In this document: one piece after another, positions 42,082-51,302 of the stretch | How positions within the stretch are numbered: the stretch's first letter is position 1 | Layout: the number at the start of each line of letters is the position of its first letter | Origin: Candidatus Lustribacter sp. | GTDB lineage: Bacteria; Vulcanimicrobiota; Vulcanimicrobiia; Vulcanimicrobiales; Vulcanimicrobiaceae | Reading direction: 5' to 3' | NCBI GenBank assembly: GCA_965277805.1 | Contig: OZ255842.1 | Location: forward strand, 1,312,001-1,376,000 | DNA: 64,000 bases | Program-made: the position numbers and the translations under genes | The notes under the pieces: generated by a model | Database searches by the model: none | Told to the model about the DNA's origin: nothing | What the model saw: only the letters and a program-made list of their open reading frames with translations

Positions 42082-42250
42082 GTATTCGGGTCTTCAATCT
42101 TAGGAAGAAAGCGCTAGAGGATCAACTCGTCATTCCTGGGTTTGAAGACTGCTCAACAAGACCATGTAGACTCTGTTTGATACCAACCAACCGGCGCTGC
42201 GGTCGAATCGGCCCCGTCAACATAGCACATAAGTCGGAATCCGTATCGTT

Positions 42251-43396
42251 TTAGAGCTCAGAAGGCTCGAGAATGTGCGGGGTTATGAGGAAGACCACCT
42301 CATCGCGCTGCCGCGAGGTCGCTTTATTCCGGAAAAACTGCCCGAGGATGGGGATATCGCCCAAGAATGGCAGTTTCGAGATCGTCTCGGAGGAGGTGTC
42401 TTGGAAGAGCCCGCCGAGCACGATCGTTTCCCCGTCGCGCACCCGCAACACCGCGTCGACCTTCCGGTTCGCGATGATCGGAAAGCTCGCGTTGAATCCG
42501 ATGATTTCGGAATATTGCGGATGCACCTCGGCCGTGATGACGCCGTCCGCGCCGATCGTCGGCGTGACGCGCAATTGCACCCCGACATCGACGTTCGTAA
42601 CCGTGGGGAAGCCCGTCTGTTCGTTGACCGTGACGATCGGATATTGTTCGCCGACCAGCAACGTCGCCTCGCGATTGTTGAGCGTCGCGATGCGCGGCGT
42701 AGCGAGGATCTGCGCGTGGCCGTTTTGCACCAGCGCATTGAGCTGGGCATTGATCGCGAGCGAGCCCCGCGTCAGCGCGTAAGGAAATTGCGCGACGGCG
42801 CCGGCGCCAAAACCGGTGCCGCCGAACTGAATTCCCACATTGCTGCTGTCGTCAACCGGTTTGACGTCGGTGACGCGCACCTCGAACATCACTTGGCGGC
42901 CGGGTACATCGATGCTGCTCAAGAGCGACGTCGCTGCCGTCTGCGCGTCCGCGCCGCCGCTCACGACAACGGTGTTCGAGCGGTCGTCGGCAATCAGGCT
43001 CGCATCGGGCAGCACGCCTTTGAGCTCTTTTACGGCGTCGGACGGTTTGGCGTTACGCAATGCAACACTCACCGCGCCGGTGGAGGCGCCGTAGCGGTGG
43101 TTCATTGCGGTCGCGTCGCCGACGAAAACGATGTTGCCGGTTCGATGGGTTTGCAAATCGTACGCTTGGGCAAGGGTCGCGAGCGCCGTATCCGCGTCGA
43201 CGTTGTGGAGACGAAACGTAATCCGGCGCGGCTTGACGGACGCGTCGGCGACGATGTTCAAACCAGATTGCCGCGCGATCAGGCCGATCACATCGCTCAG
43301 TTCGGTGTCGCGCGCGTTGATCGAGATCGGAACGCCGGCCGACGCGCGGGTGAAGATGAGGCCCCAAAGGAGCACGGCGGTGAAGAAGCGCCGCAT
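42251..43396 (-). CDS. pilQ: Type IV pilus/T2SS secretin (short PilQ-like)
   Basis: N0 and N3 domains; QVMFEVRV, ATPRIATLNN, GETIVLGGL, LPFLGDIPILGQFFR, FLITPHI. Confidence 0.88.
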   Translation of the reverse strand: MRRFFTAVLLWGLIFTRASAGVPISINARDTELSDVIGLIARQSGLNIVADASVKPRRITFRLHNVDADTALATLAQAYDLQTHRTGNIVFVGDATAMNHRYGASTGAVSVALRNAKPSDAVKELKGVLPDASLIADDRSNTVVVSGGADAQTAATSLLSSIDVPGRQVMFEVRVTDVKPVDDSSNVGIQFGGTGFGAGAVAQFPYALTRGSLAINAQLNALVQNGHAQILATPRIATLNNREATLLVGEQYPIVTVNEQTGFPTVTNVDVGVQLRVTPTIGADGVITAEVHPQYSEIIGFNASFPIIANRKVDAVLRVRDGETIVLGGLFQDTSSETISKLPFLGDIPILGQFFRNKATSRQRDEVVFLITPHILEPSEL

Positions 43397-43881
43397 TACC
43401 GCTTCGCCGCCGGCTCGAGGGTCAGCCGCTTGCCGTTCGCGAGCACGACCGCATCGTTTGTGATCTCGATAATGCTGGAGCCGTCGAGCCCGTCGCCGGC
43501 GCTGACGAGTTTTGAACCCTCGGCGGAGTCGACGATCGCGGTGGGATGCGTTCCCGTCACGATTGCGGCGACGTGCGAGGGGACCACCGCCGGAGCGAGT
43601 GGTGCAGCAACGCGCGGTAGCGGCAATTGCGGCAAATGCGGAGGCACAGCGGGCAGCGCAGGCGGCGGATCGTCGTCGACCGGCGCGCGCGGCGCGAACG
43701 CGTCGCCTTCTGGAGTGACCGCTGGTGGTGCCGGATCGACGCGCGGTTCGGCGACGCCGGCGACACGAGTGCGCGTGTTGAACTGCGAACGTGCGCCCGA
43801 CGGCGCGAGTACGATCGCGGCGCCATAGCAGAGCAGTGCTGCCGCACCGAACAACAACCGTTTATTGTGGGCGAACGTCAT
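43396..43881 (-). CDS. PilP-like pilus assembly protein
   Basis: TM helix, Pro-rich linker and small beta domain (AIV...VSAGDGL...ITNDAVVL); lies between pilO and the secretin. Confidence 0.6.
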   Translation of the reverse strand: MTFAHNKRLLFGAAALLCYGAAIVLAPSGARSQFNTRTRVAGVAEPRVDPAPPAVTPEGDAFAPRAPVDDDPPPALPAVPPHLPQLPLPRVAAPLAPAVVPSHVAAIVTGTHPTAIVDSAEGSKLVSAGDGLDGSSIIEITNDAVVLANGKRLTLEPAAKR

Positions 43882-44446
43882 GGGGTTGCTCCGGTGCTTC
43901 GCGCATCAAGAGGACATGGAAGGCAGCGTTCAATTGCGGCGTTCCGCCGGGACGCCGCTCGGCATTGCTGAGCGACGCGACGCCGATGTGTACGGCGCCG
44001 TCGCGATCGTTGAGATCGCGAACGGCACGGATGACGTCGCCGTACGGGCCGCGGAACGTCAGATCGAAGGGGATCGCTTCGATCGATGCGGGCGCGGAAG
44101 CCGCAGATGCAGACGGCGCTCCGACACCGGCAGCGACCCCTTCGACCACAACGCCGTCGTGCTCGGCCACGGCAGCGACGCTCCGCAGAAAACGATCGAC
44201 TGTCGCCGCGCGCCGATCGCCGGTGTGCAGGCGCGCGAGTTGCGCGGCGAGATCCGACCGATCGGCTTCGAGTGCGGGGATGCGCCGCGTCATCGCGAGG
44301 CTGCGGTCGAGCGTTGCACGCGCGGCATCGATCTGCGCGTAGAGATCGCCGGCGGTGGCTTCGAGTGGCGCGAAGACGAAGGCGTAGCCCGCGACGGCGA
44401 TGACCAAGACGGCAAACGCGCTCGCGCGCGGCACGTCGATGTTCAC
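43862..44446 (-). CDS. pilO: PilO-like pilus assembly protein
   Basis: TM helix, coiled coil, ferredoxin-like domain (PFDLTFRGPYGDV); GTG start overlaps the pilN stop. Confidence 0.72.
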   Translation of the reverse strand: MNIDVPRASAFAVLVIAVAGYAFVFAPLEATAGDLYAQIDAARATLDRSLAMTRRIPALEADRSDLAAQLARLHTGDRRAATVDRFLRSVAAVAEHDGVVVEGVAAGVGAPSASAASAPASIEAIPFDLTFRGPYGDVIRAVRDLNDRDGAVHIGVASLSNAERRPGGTPQLNAAFHVLLMREAPEQPHDVRPQ

Positions 44447-44997
44447 GGGTGCTGATCCCAGCCGATGACGAAGTCCAGCACGTGGCCGCTGCGGCCGGTC
44501 GCTGCGATCGAAACTAAACGCACGGACGCGCGCTGGTCGAGACCCTGCACGCGGCGCAGCATCGTGCCGATCTCGGCGACGCGCGTCGAGCGCCCGCCGA
44601 TCGTCCATGCGCCGGCGGGTGTCGAACCGACGCTCGTCAGCCACGTTGCCGGAGGCAAATCGTTTCCGATGCGGGCGATCGTATTCGTCGCGACGAGCAC
44701 ATCGCGGCGCGCCGCACTGACGGCGGCCCGGATGGTGCGCATTCGCGCGACGCTCGCCATCAGGTTCCGTGCGCGCCGTTCGTCGCTAGCCGACTCACGT
44801 ATGCGAAGCTGCAACGCGGCCAGTTCATCCTGCAGCGCCGTCGCCCGCCGCACTTCGAAACTCCACGTCGCTGCGACGCCGAGCAGGGCGAGTCCGATCA
44901 GCAGAAGCGGCACGCGCACGGAACCGCCGAGTACGACGGCGGGGACGGCAATTCGCCAGCGTTCGTAGGCGGGTTGAAGGTAGTTGAACCGGATCAC
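44443..44997 (-). CDS. pilN: PilN-like pilus assembly protein
   Basis: N-terminal FNYL (INLL-like), TM helix, coiled coil, LPPATWLTSV. Confidence 0.75.
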   Translation of the reverse strand: MIRFNYLQPAYERWRIAVPAVVLGGSVRVPLLLIGLALLGVAATWSFEVRRATALQDELAALQLRIRESASDERRARNLMASVARMRTIRAAVSAARRDVLVATNTIARIGNDLPPATWLTSVGSTPAGAWTIGGRSTRVAEIGTMLRRVQGLDQRASVRLVSIAATGRSGHVLDFVIGWDQHP

Positions 44998-45935
44998 GAT
45001 GCGATGCTCCACAGGCTCAGGCCGTAGGCGAGCGACCAGTCGGGAGCGGCGGCGCGCAACACGTCGGGCGGGAGGGTCTCGGAGCAGTCCGGCGGCAGCG
45101 TTGCCGGCACGGCCGCGTAGCCGGTTGCGCGCTCGATCGCCGAGCCGAAGCCGGGGATGCGGCTGCCGTTTCCGCACAGCACCACCGGGTGAATGCCGTC
45201 ATAGCCGCGGGCGCGCGCATCCGCGAACGCTTCTGCCAGCGCGGTGATCAGCGTGTCGCGCGGCGCTTCGCCGGCACCGCCGAAGCCGACGTTGCGCTTG
45301 CGGTTTTCGGCCGTGCCTGCATCGACGCCCAGCGATTGCGCGATCGCGTCCGTCATCGCCTCGCCGCCGATTGGTATGCGCACCGTGTAGGGAATCGTCG
45401 CGCCGAAGACCGTCAAGCGTGTCGCCTCGCTGCCGACGTCGATGACGGCGCCGGCGTCGGGATGCGAACGTCGCAGCGCGAACGCCGCGTCGTCGACGGC
45501 AAGCGGCCGAAGCCGCGCTCGTTTGGCGATGCCGAGCGCGTTGTCTAACGCGTCACGCCGCACGGCGCCGATCGCCCAGCACGCCGGCGTGTTCGTCCGG
45601 ACGAGCGATACGGCGGCTTCACCGATCGGGTAGCCGACGAAGCGCGCCGCCTCGAAGCGCGCGGCGTTCACCCGTTCCCACGGTGACATCGCCGGAAATT
45701 CGGCCGTGCAAAGCAGCGCATCGGGCGGCGCGAGGGCGAGCACGCAGCGACGCTCTTGCGTCTGTAAGTCCTCGATCGCCCAACGCATCGCTTCGACCGG
45801 GTCGCCGTCGTGATCGTGAGCCGCGACCGCCAGCAATTTCGGCGGGCCACCGCCGGTTTTCGCCGTGAGCGCGACTCGGACGCGGCGCTGCCCGATGTCG
45901 ACGCCGAGCGGCAGCGTTGCGAGCTTGGACGTCAT
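44994..45935 (-). CDS. pilM: PilM actin-like pilus assembly protein
   Basis: LGVDIG, VIDVGSEAT, IPIGG, VLCGNGS, LAYGLSL. Confidence 0.85.
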   Translation of the reverse strand: MTSKLATLPLGVDIGQRRVRVALTAKTGGGPPKLLAVAAHDHDGDPVEAMRWAIEDLQTQERRCVLALAPPDALLCTAEFPAMSPWERVNAARFEAARFVGYPIGEAAVSLVRTNTPACWAIGAVRRDALDNALGIAKRARLRPLAVDDAAFALRRSHPDAGAVIDVGSEATRLTVFGATIPYTVRIPIGGEAMTDAIAQSLGVDAGTAENRKRNVGFGGAGEAPRDTLITALAEAFADARARGYDGIHPVVLCGNGSRIPGFGSAIERATGYAAVPATLPPDCSETLPPDVLRAAAPDWSLAYGLSLWSIAS

Positions 45936-46531
45936 GCGTGGAATCCGAACGGTGCGAGCAGCGTTGCAAACGTGCCGGCCGCGATGAACGGACCGAAACG
46001 GATGCTCGTATGCCGCTGCGCCCGCCGCGTCGCGAGCAACCATGCACTGTACGCGCCGCCGAACACGAAGGCCAGCGCGATCGCCGTGAGACCGCCCGCC
46101 AGACCCAGCGCCATCCCGAGCGTGGCGCCGAGCTTGACGTCACCGAGGCCGATACCGCGCCCGCTGCTGATCGCATGCAATGCGAGCAGTGCTGCGCCGA
46201 CCGCCGCCGCACCGCAGCAGCCGTCGATGACCGAACCGTTCGCGGCCGCGAGCACGAACGATGCGAGCAGCATCGTCGCGGTGAGCGGATCGTAGATCGA
46301 ACCGGTCCGGGCGTCGACGAGTCCGGCGACGGCAACGCCGGCCGTTGCCGCAACCGCGGAAGCGGAGATGCCTGCGAACGAAGCGATGCACGCGGTGATC
46401 GCTGCAGCGGCGGGAAGCAGCGGCGGCAGCGAACCGATGGTCATCCGGCGGCGGGCGGCCGCATCATCGGCGATCATCCAGTACATCACGGTCGCGCCGC
46501 CCGTCGCGGTGGCGGCGAGTGCGGCGTTCAT
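45932..46531 (-). CDS. Prepilin peptidase (A24 domain only)
   Basis: GLVDARTGSIYD and GLGDVKL catalytic Asp motifs, FGPFI; no N-terminal Cys-rich domain. Confidence 0.85.
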   Translation of the reverse strand: MNAALAATATGGATVMYWMIADDAAARRRMTIGSLPPLLPAAAAITACIASFAGISASAVAATAGVAVAGLVDARTGSIYDPLTATMLLASFVLAAANGSVIDGCCGAAAVGAALLALHAISSGRGIGLGDVKLGATLGMALGLAGGLTAIALAFVFGGAYSAWLLATRRAQRHTSIRFGPFIAAGTFATLLAPFGFHA

Positions 46532-47052
46532 CGTAGCGTTCCTAACATGGTGCGCGCGGGCGTGAAATCCGGATCGTCGGCGAGTGCGCGCAGGGCGTAG
46601 CGGCGAGCGGCGCGGCGGTCGGCGCGATGGAGCGCCATGCGGGCGGCAAAGTGTTCGTAGCGAGCGTCATGCGCGAGCGATCCGGCGCGCGCGAAATCGC
46701 GTTCTGCATCGAGCCAGCGGCGCAGCTGGATCTCGGCGAACGCGCGGTCGGCGAAGAGACCGGGCTCCGATGCATCGTTCGCGAGCGCGCGCGTCGCGAC
46801 GGCAACTGCTTGCACCGCACCGCTGCGATCGTGGCGCAGTGCGAGTTCGAACGCGAGCCGGTCGGCGGCCACGACGGATGACGGGTCGAGCCGCGCGGCG
46901 CGGTCGTAGAATCGGATCGCCGCCGGCACGTCGCCGCCGCGTAACGCGTCATCACCGCGCGTCACGATCGCTGCGGCCAACTGTCCATGAAAGAGAACGA
47001 ACGCGGCGGCGAGGCTGGAACCGGCAACACACAACCGACGAATGCGCGTCAT
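46528..47052 (-). CDS. Membrane-anchored TPR protein
   Basis: N-terminal hydrophobic segment; TPR patterns (AAIRFYDRAARLDP, ALADDPDF); ATG 47052 overlaps the upstream stop. Confidence 0.75.
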   Translation of the reverse strand: MTRIRRLCVAGSSLAAAFVLFHGQLAAAIVTRGDDALRGGDVPAAIRFYDRAARLDPSSVVAADRLAFELALRHDRSGAVQAVAVATRALANDASEPGLFADRAFAEIQLRRWLDAERDFARAGSLAHDARYEHFAARMALHRADRRAARRYALRALADDPDFTPARTMLGTLR

Positions 47053-47708
47053 ACCAGCAAACCGTAGTACGTGCCGAGCGCGATCATCAGCGCGCCCGAG
47101 ATGACGGCCGGCGCCGGACTTGCGTTCCAGGTTCGGAACGCGCGCGCGCACAGCGAGCCGAACGTTCCGACCGCAAACAACGGGGCAGCGTGTCCGAGCG
47201 CAAACGCCGCGAGCAGTTCGACTCGCGGGGCCGGACTGGCATCGACGCTCATGCCAGCTACGGCCGCCACAATCGGCGTGCAACACGGCGATACGACGAA
47301 CACTGAAGCCGCCCCGATACTGAACACCGCGCTGATCCGGTGCGGCGGCGCGCTTTCGCGCTTCACCGGGTGTTCGTGGTCGCATGACGACCCGCGGCAA
47401 AGGGTTATCACGCCGCCGGCAGCGAGCGCGCAGGCCAGGATGACGTACAACGCGGACGCATGACCGGCAACGTGCGCGAGGAGACCCGCAGCAAATCCAA
47501 GCGCCGTATACGCCGTCACCATCCCGGCCACGAAGGCGGCGATCGTGAGCGCGCGGCGGCGTTCGCCGAGAAGCGCCGCAATCGCCACGTAGCGCGGCGC
47601 GACGCACGGCCCGAGGCTCGTTACGGCTCCGGCGACGGCCACCACCGGCAGACGGCCGGCGTCGCCGCGCGCGATCGCGTCGATACTGAGCGCCACCGGG
47701 TCGATCAT
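47049..47708 (-). CDS. CcdA/DsbD transmembrane disulfide-reductase-like protein
   Basis: Multiple TM helices with GPCVAP and SPCCTP redox Cys motifs, FALGHAAPL. Confidence 0.85.
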   Translation of the reverse strand: MIDPVALSIDAIARGDAGRLPVVAVAGAVTSLGPCVAPRYVAIAALLGERRRALTIAAFVAGMVTAYTALGFAAGLLAHVAGHASALYVILACALAAGGVITLCRGSSCDHEHPVKRESAPPHRISAVFSIGAASVFVVSPCCTPIVAAVAGMSVDASPAPRVELLAAFALGHAAPLFAVGTFGSLCARAFRTWNASPAPAVISGALMIALGTYYGLLV

Positions 47709-48208
47709 TGGGTTTGCATGCCCGTGCCGGACGTGTAGGTGATCGTCGTTGACGTGCAGCCCGGGCCGCAAACGGAACCGTCGGTACTGCCGGTCTTTTG
47801 CAGTTTCGCCAAGGTCGAGCCGACGTGTACCCCCGGACAGGTGATGACGTACGAGGGCGGTGCGCCGCCGCTCTGTTCGGTGACTTTGACCGTATAGAAC
47901 TGCGTCAGATCGACGGCAGCCGGATCCTTCGGCGTGTTGTTGAGATAAACGGTGCCGGCGGCGTTGGTAAAGTCGGCCGGATCGGCGTTGAAGTTGGCCT
48001 GCCCGTTGGGCTCGTACGTTTGCAGATCGGCGTAGACGAGTTCCAGGGCCGTGGCGATCGAGCGAAGATTGGACTCACACGCCGACGTCGCGGCCTGGGC
48101 GCGGGCGTTGACGAAGTTCGGTATCAGAATACCGGCGAGGATGGCGATGATCGCGACGACGATCATCAACTCGATGAGCGTAAAGCCGCGTTCGCCGTTG
48201 CGTTCCAT
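47705..48208 (-). CDS. Type IV major pilin
   Basis: Short leader and G/FTLIELMIVVAIIAILA N-methylation motif with E5; four Cys residues. Confidence 0.92.
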   Translation of the reverse strand: MERNGERGFTLIELMIVVAIIAILAGILIPNFVNARAQAATSACESNLRSIATALELVYADLQTYEPNGQANFNADPADFTNAAGTVYLNNTPKDPAAVDLTQFYTVKVTEQSGGAPPSYVITCPGVHVGSTLAKLQKTGSTDGSVCGPGCTSTTITYTSGTGMQTQ

Positions 48209-48313
48209 GAACGCGATAGTGCCCGCTTAGGGGCACCATATGCACGCTATTTTTGCTTTTTTTTCCAGCGCTTCGATGCGCACTTCGTTGCGGCTGAGCA
48301 AAGCAGCGGATTG

Positions 48314-49015
48314 TTACGCCACCTTTTGCGAAAGTTTACCAAGAGCGCGGGCCAAGAGTTTGGAGACTTGGCTTTGTGAGAGACCGAGCATCGCCGCAAC
48401 CTCGGCTTGGGAGAGGCCGGCACCGAACGTTCCGAGCACGATCGTGCGCTCGCGTTCGTTCAGCTCGTCGACCGCGATCAGCAGCGTGAGACGTTCTTCG
48501 ATTGAGACGCCGGACGATGAGGCGGCCATCATGTCGAAGCGGTTCCCATAGCGCGGATCGGCGTCATAGGATTGAACGCGTCGCGCGGACTGGAGCTGCT
48601 CGACGACGGTGATGCCGACGCCGAGCGCGGCTGCGAGCTGCTGCGCGGTGGGCTCGGCGTGCAGATGTGCCGCCAGCGTCTCCCACGCCGCGACGTAGTG
48701 ACGGTCGAGCGAACGCAGCCAACGCGGCACGCGGATCGCCCGTTCGCTATCGCGGACGTAGTGCATCAGTTCGCCGACCATGACGATCCAAGCGTACGGT
48801 TCGAACGGCGTCGTCCGTTCCGCGAGATAGGCGTCGGTTGCTTTGACGAGACCGATGGCCGCGACTTGTTCCAAGTCGGCCGGATCGCTCTCGGGCCGGC
48901 GAAACTTACGCGCCCCGCGCTTGCACAAGTACATGTGGGCGGCGACGACGGCATCGCGATTGATTCGCGAACGGTCGGCGAGGTAACGGTCGATGACGGC
49001 TTGGCGTTCGTTCAT
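48314..49015 (-). CDS. Group 3 sigma factor (SigB/SigF-like)
   Basis: DLEQVAAIGLVKA, GELMHYVRD...IRVPR, region 4 SQAEVAAMLGLSQSQVSKL. Confidence 0.9.
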   Translation of the reverse strand: MNERQAVIDRYLADRSRINRDAVVAAHMYLCKRGARKFRRPESDPADLEQVAAIGLVKATDAYLAERTTPFEPYAWIVMVGELMHYVRDSERAIRVPRWLRSLDRHYVAAWETLAAHLHAEPTAQQLAAALGVGITVVEQLQSARRVQSYDADPRYGNRFDMMAASSSGVSIEERLTLLIAVDELNERERTIVLGTFGAGLSQAEVAAMLGLSQSQVSKLLARALGKLSQKVA

Positions 49016-50226
49016 TGAGCCACACTCCCGATGAGCTGGTAGAGCGGAATGAAGACGGAATAGACGATCAGGCCCACGATGACGCCGAGCACGGCGATCA
49101 GTGCGGGTTCGATGACGGCGCCGAGCGTTGCGATTGCCGCAGCGACGTCCGATTCGAAGTACTCGGCGGCTTTGGGCAGCAGCACGTCGAGCATGCCCGT
49201 TTCCTCGCCCACGCCGGTAAGCGCAATCAGCATCGGATCGAAGATTCCGGCCGCGGCCAGCGGCGGCGTGAGAGCTTCGCCTTCGCGCAATGCGATCGCA
49301 ACGTGATGGAGCGCGGCGCTGTGGACGGGGCTGCCGGTGACCGGGATCACGACGTCGAGCGCCGCGCTCAACTCGATCCCCGAATGAACCAGCGTTCCGA
49401 GCATGCGCGCGAAGCGTGCCGTAATCGTTTTGCGCAGCAGCGTGCCGACCACCGGAAGGCTCAGACGGAAGCGGTCGAACGCGTAGCGGCCCGCGCTCGT
49501 GCGGCTGATGAGCGCACCGCCGGCGCCTGCGGCGGCGACAAATACGATGGCGGCCGACACGACGGCCGGCATTCCGGCCGCATTGCCGAGCGCCATCAGT
49601 ACACGCGTTGAAAGCGGAAGCGGGACGTGAAATGATGCGAAGAGCGCGGAGAACATCGGAACGACGCGCACGATCAGAAACGTGACCAGGGCGAGCGACG
49701 CGCAGAGCACGGTCGCGGGATAGGCTAGCGCCGCGATCACGCTCTTACGCAGCGCTTGGTCGCGTTCGAGGAACAGCGCGATACGCTCGAGCACGTCGTC
49801 GAGGATGCCGCCGCTCTCCCCGGCGGCAACCATTGCCACAATCAGCGGGGAAAAGGCGCGCGGGCTGCGCGCAAACGCGGCGCTGAGCGGTTCGCCGCGT
49901 TCGATGTCACCGAGCACGTCGCGTAAGGCGGCGGCGAAAGTCGCGCTCTCGCTGCGTTCGATCGTCACGGTTAGGCCGCGCCGCAGCGGGACGCCGGCGC
50001 GAACCAATGTCGCAAACGACCGGAAAAATGCGACGCGTGCGCGCCCCAACCCGGCGCCGGGACGCGGCAGGTGGAGATCGCTATGCCACAGGCGCTGCGC
50101 TTCCAAGCTCGTGACGAAGAGCGCGCGACTGCGCAAGCCGGCGACGGCGCTCTCACGGTCGGCGGCACTGAGCGATCCGTTGATGCGGGCACCGCCGGCG
50201 GTGCGCGCCGAGTAGTGGAAGTCCAT
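49012..50226 (-). CDS. pilC: PilC/GspF inner-membrane platform protein
   Basis: AGESGGILD, AYP, GEETGMLD, IEP; ATG 50226. Confidence 0.93.
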   Translation of the reverse strand: MDFHYSARTAGGARINGSLSAADRESAVAGLRSRALFVTSLEAQRLWHSDLHLPRPGAGLGRARVAFFRSFATLVRAGVPLRRGLTVTIERSESATFAAALRDVLGDIERGEPLSAAFARSPRAFSPLIVAMVAAGESGGILDDVLERIALFLERDQALRKSVIAALAYPATVLCASLALVTFLIVRVVPMFSALFASFHVPLPLSTRVLMALGNAAGMPAVVSAAIVFVAAAGAGGALISRTSAGRYAFDRFRLSLPVVGTLLRKTITARFARMLGTLVHSGIELSAALDVVIPVTGSPVHSAALHHVAIALREGEALTPPLAAAGIFDPMLIALTGVGEETGMLDVLLPKAAEYFESDVAAAIATLGAVIEPALIAVLGVIVGLIVYSVFIPLYQLIGSVAQ

Positions 50227-51302
50227 TACCCGGCCACGCGCTCGAGGTCGCGAACTTCGGCCGGCCGGCTCGCTACGAGCCGGGCCGCATCGAGCGCGAT
50301 GGTGCCGCGCACGACCAGTTCCGAGAGCGACGTTTCGAGGGTGCGCATGCCCGCCGCGCGGCCGGTCGCGATTGCGTTGCGCAACTGGTGCGTTTTGCCT
50401 TCGCGAATCATAGCGCGCACCGCGTCGGTGCCGATGAGGATCTCGCTGCTTGCGATGCGTCCTTCGCCGTTGCGCAAGGGCACGAGCCGCAGGGAAACCA
50501 CGGCCAGTAGCGTCGACGCGAGCTGCGTGCGGATCTGACCCTGTTGCGCGCCGGCACACGCGTCGATGATGCGATCGACGGTTTGGGCCGCATCGCTCGT
50601 GTGGAGCGTCGTGAGAACGAGATGCCCGGTTTCCGCCGCCGAGAGTGCGGCTTCCATCGTCGCGCGATCGCGCATCTCACCGATCAGGATGACGTCCGGA
50701 TCCGCCCGCATGAAACCGCGGATCGCGGCGGCGTAGTCCGGGACGTCACGACCGATCTCACAGTGCGCGATTACCGAGCGCTCCGGACGGTGAACGTACT
50801 CAACCGGGTCTTCAACCGTGAGGATGACGCGTTCGGTCGTGCGATTGATGCGGTCGATCAGAGCAGCGAGCGCCGTCGTCTTGCCGCTCCCGGTGGGTCC
50901 CGTGAAAACGATCAGGCCGCTCGTCCGCTTCGCCAGGCTCGTTACCACGGGCGGGAGCGCCAAATCCTCGAGAGCGGGGATCTCGCCGGCCAGAAAACGG
51001 AAGGCTAGCTTGGTGCCCGACATCGTCGAGTACGCGTGCAGACGGTACGGTGCGCCGATCCCCTGGCGGCAAGCGACATCGGCCGCGCCGTGCTCTTTCC
51101 AGCGCCGGCCGTGGCCGGGCAGTAGCGCGGCTTCCAAGAACGCATCGAGTGCGGCCGTCTCGAGCGGCGGCACGTCGAGCGCGGTAATGCGTCCGTTGAT
51201 GCGCAGCGCCGGCGCATCGCCCGTGCCGGCGTGCAGATCCGTCGCGCCGCGTCCGCGAGCGAGCGCGATGAGTTCCTTGAGCCGCACGAGGTCGAGGCTC
51301 AA
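50226..51302 (-). CDS. pilT: Type IV pilus retraction ATPase
   Basis: GPTGSGKTT, EDPVE, GEMRD, AETGHLVLTTLHT, AVRAMIREGK (AIRNLIRE-like). Start TTG 51302 or GTG 51311. Confidence 0.93.
   Translation of the reverse strand: MSLDLVRLKELIALARGRGATDLHAGTGDAPALRINGRITALDVPPLETAALDAFLEAALLPGHGRRWKEHGAADVACRQGIGAPYRLHAYSTMSGTKLAFRFLAGEIPALEDLALPPVVTSLAKRTSGLIVFTGPTGSGKTTALAALIDRINRTTERVILTVEDPVEYVHRPERSVIAHCEIGRDVPDYAAAIRGFMRADPDVILIGEMRDRATMEAALSAAETGHLVLTTLHTSDAAQTVDRIIDACAGAQQGQIRTQLASTLLAVVSLRLVPLRNGEGRIASSEILIGTDAVRAMIREGKTHQLRNAIATGRAAGMRTLETSLSELVVRGTIALDAARLVASRPAEVRDLERVAG

Noticed and set aside
48257-48264. T8 tract upstream of the pilin as a phase-variation switch
   Set aside because: Short, and upstream of the putative -35; better explained as an UP element. 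No length variation can be shown from one sequence.
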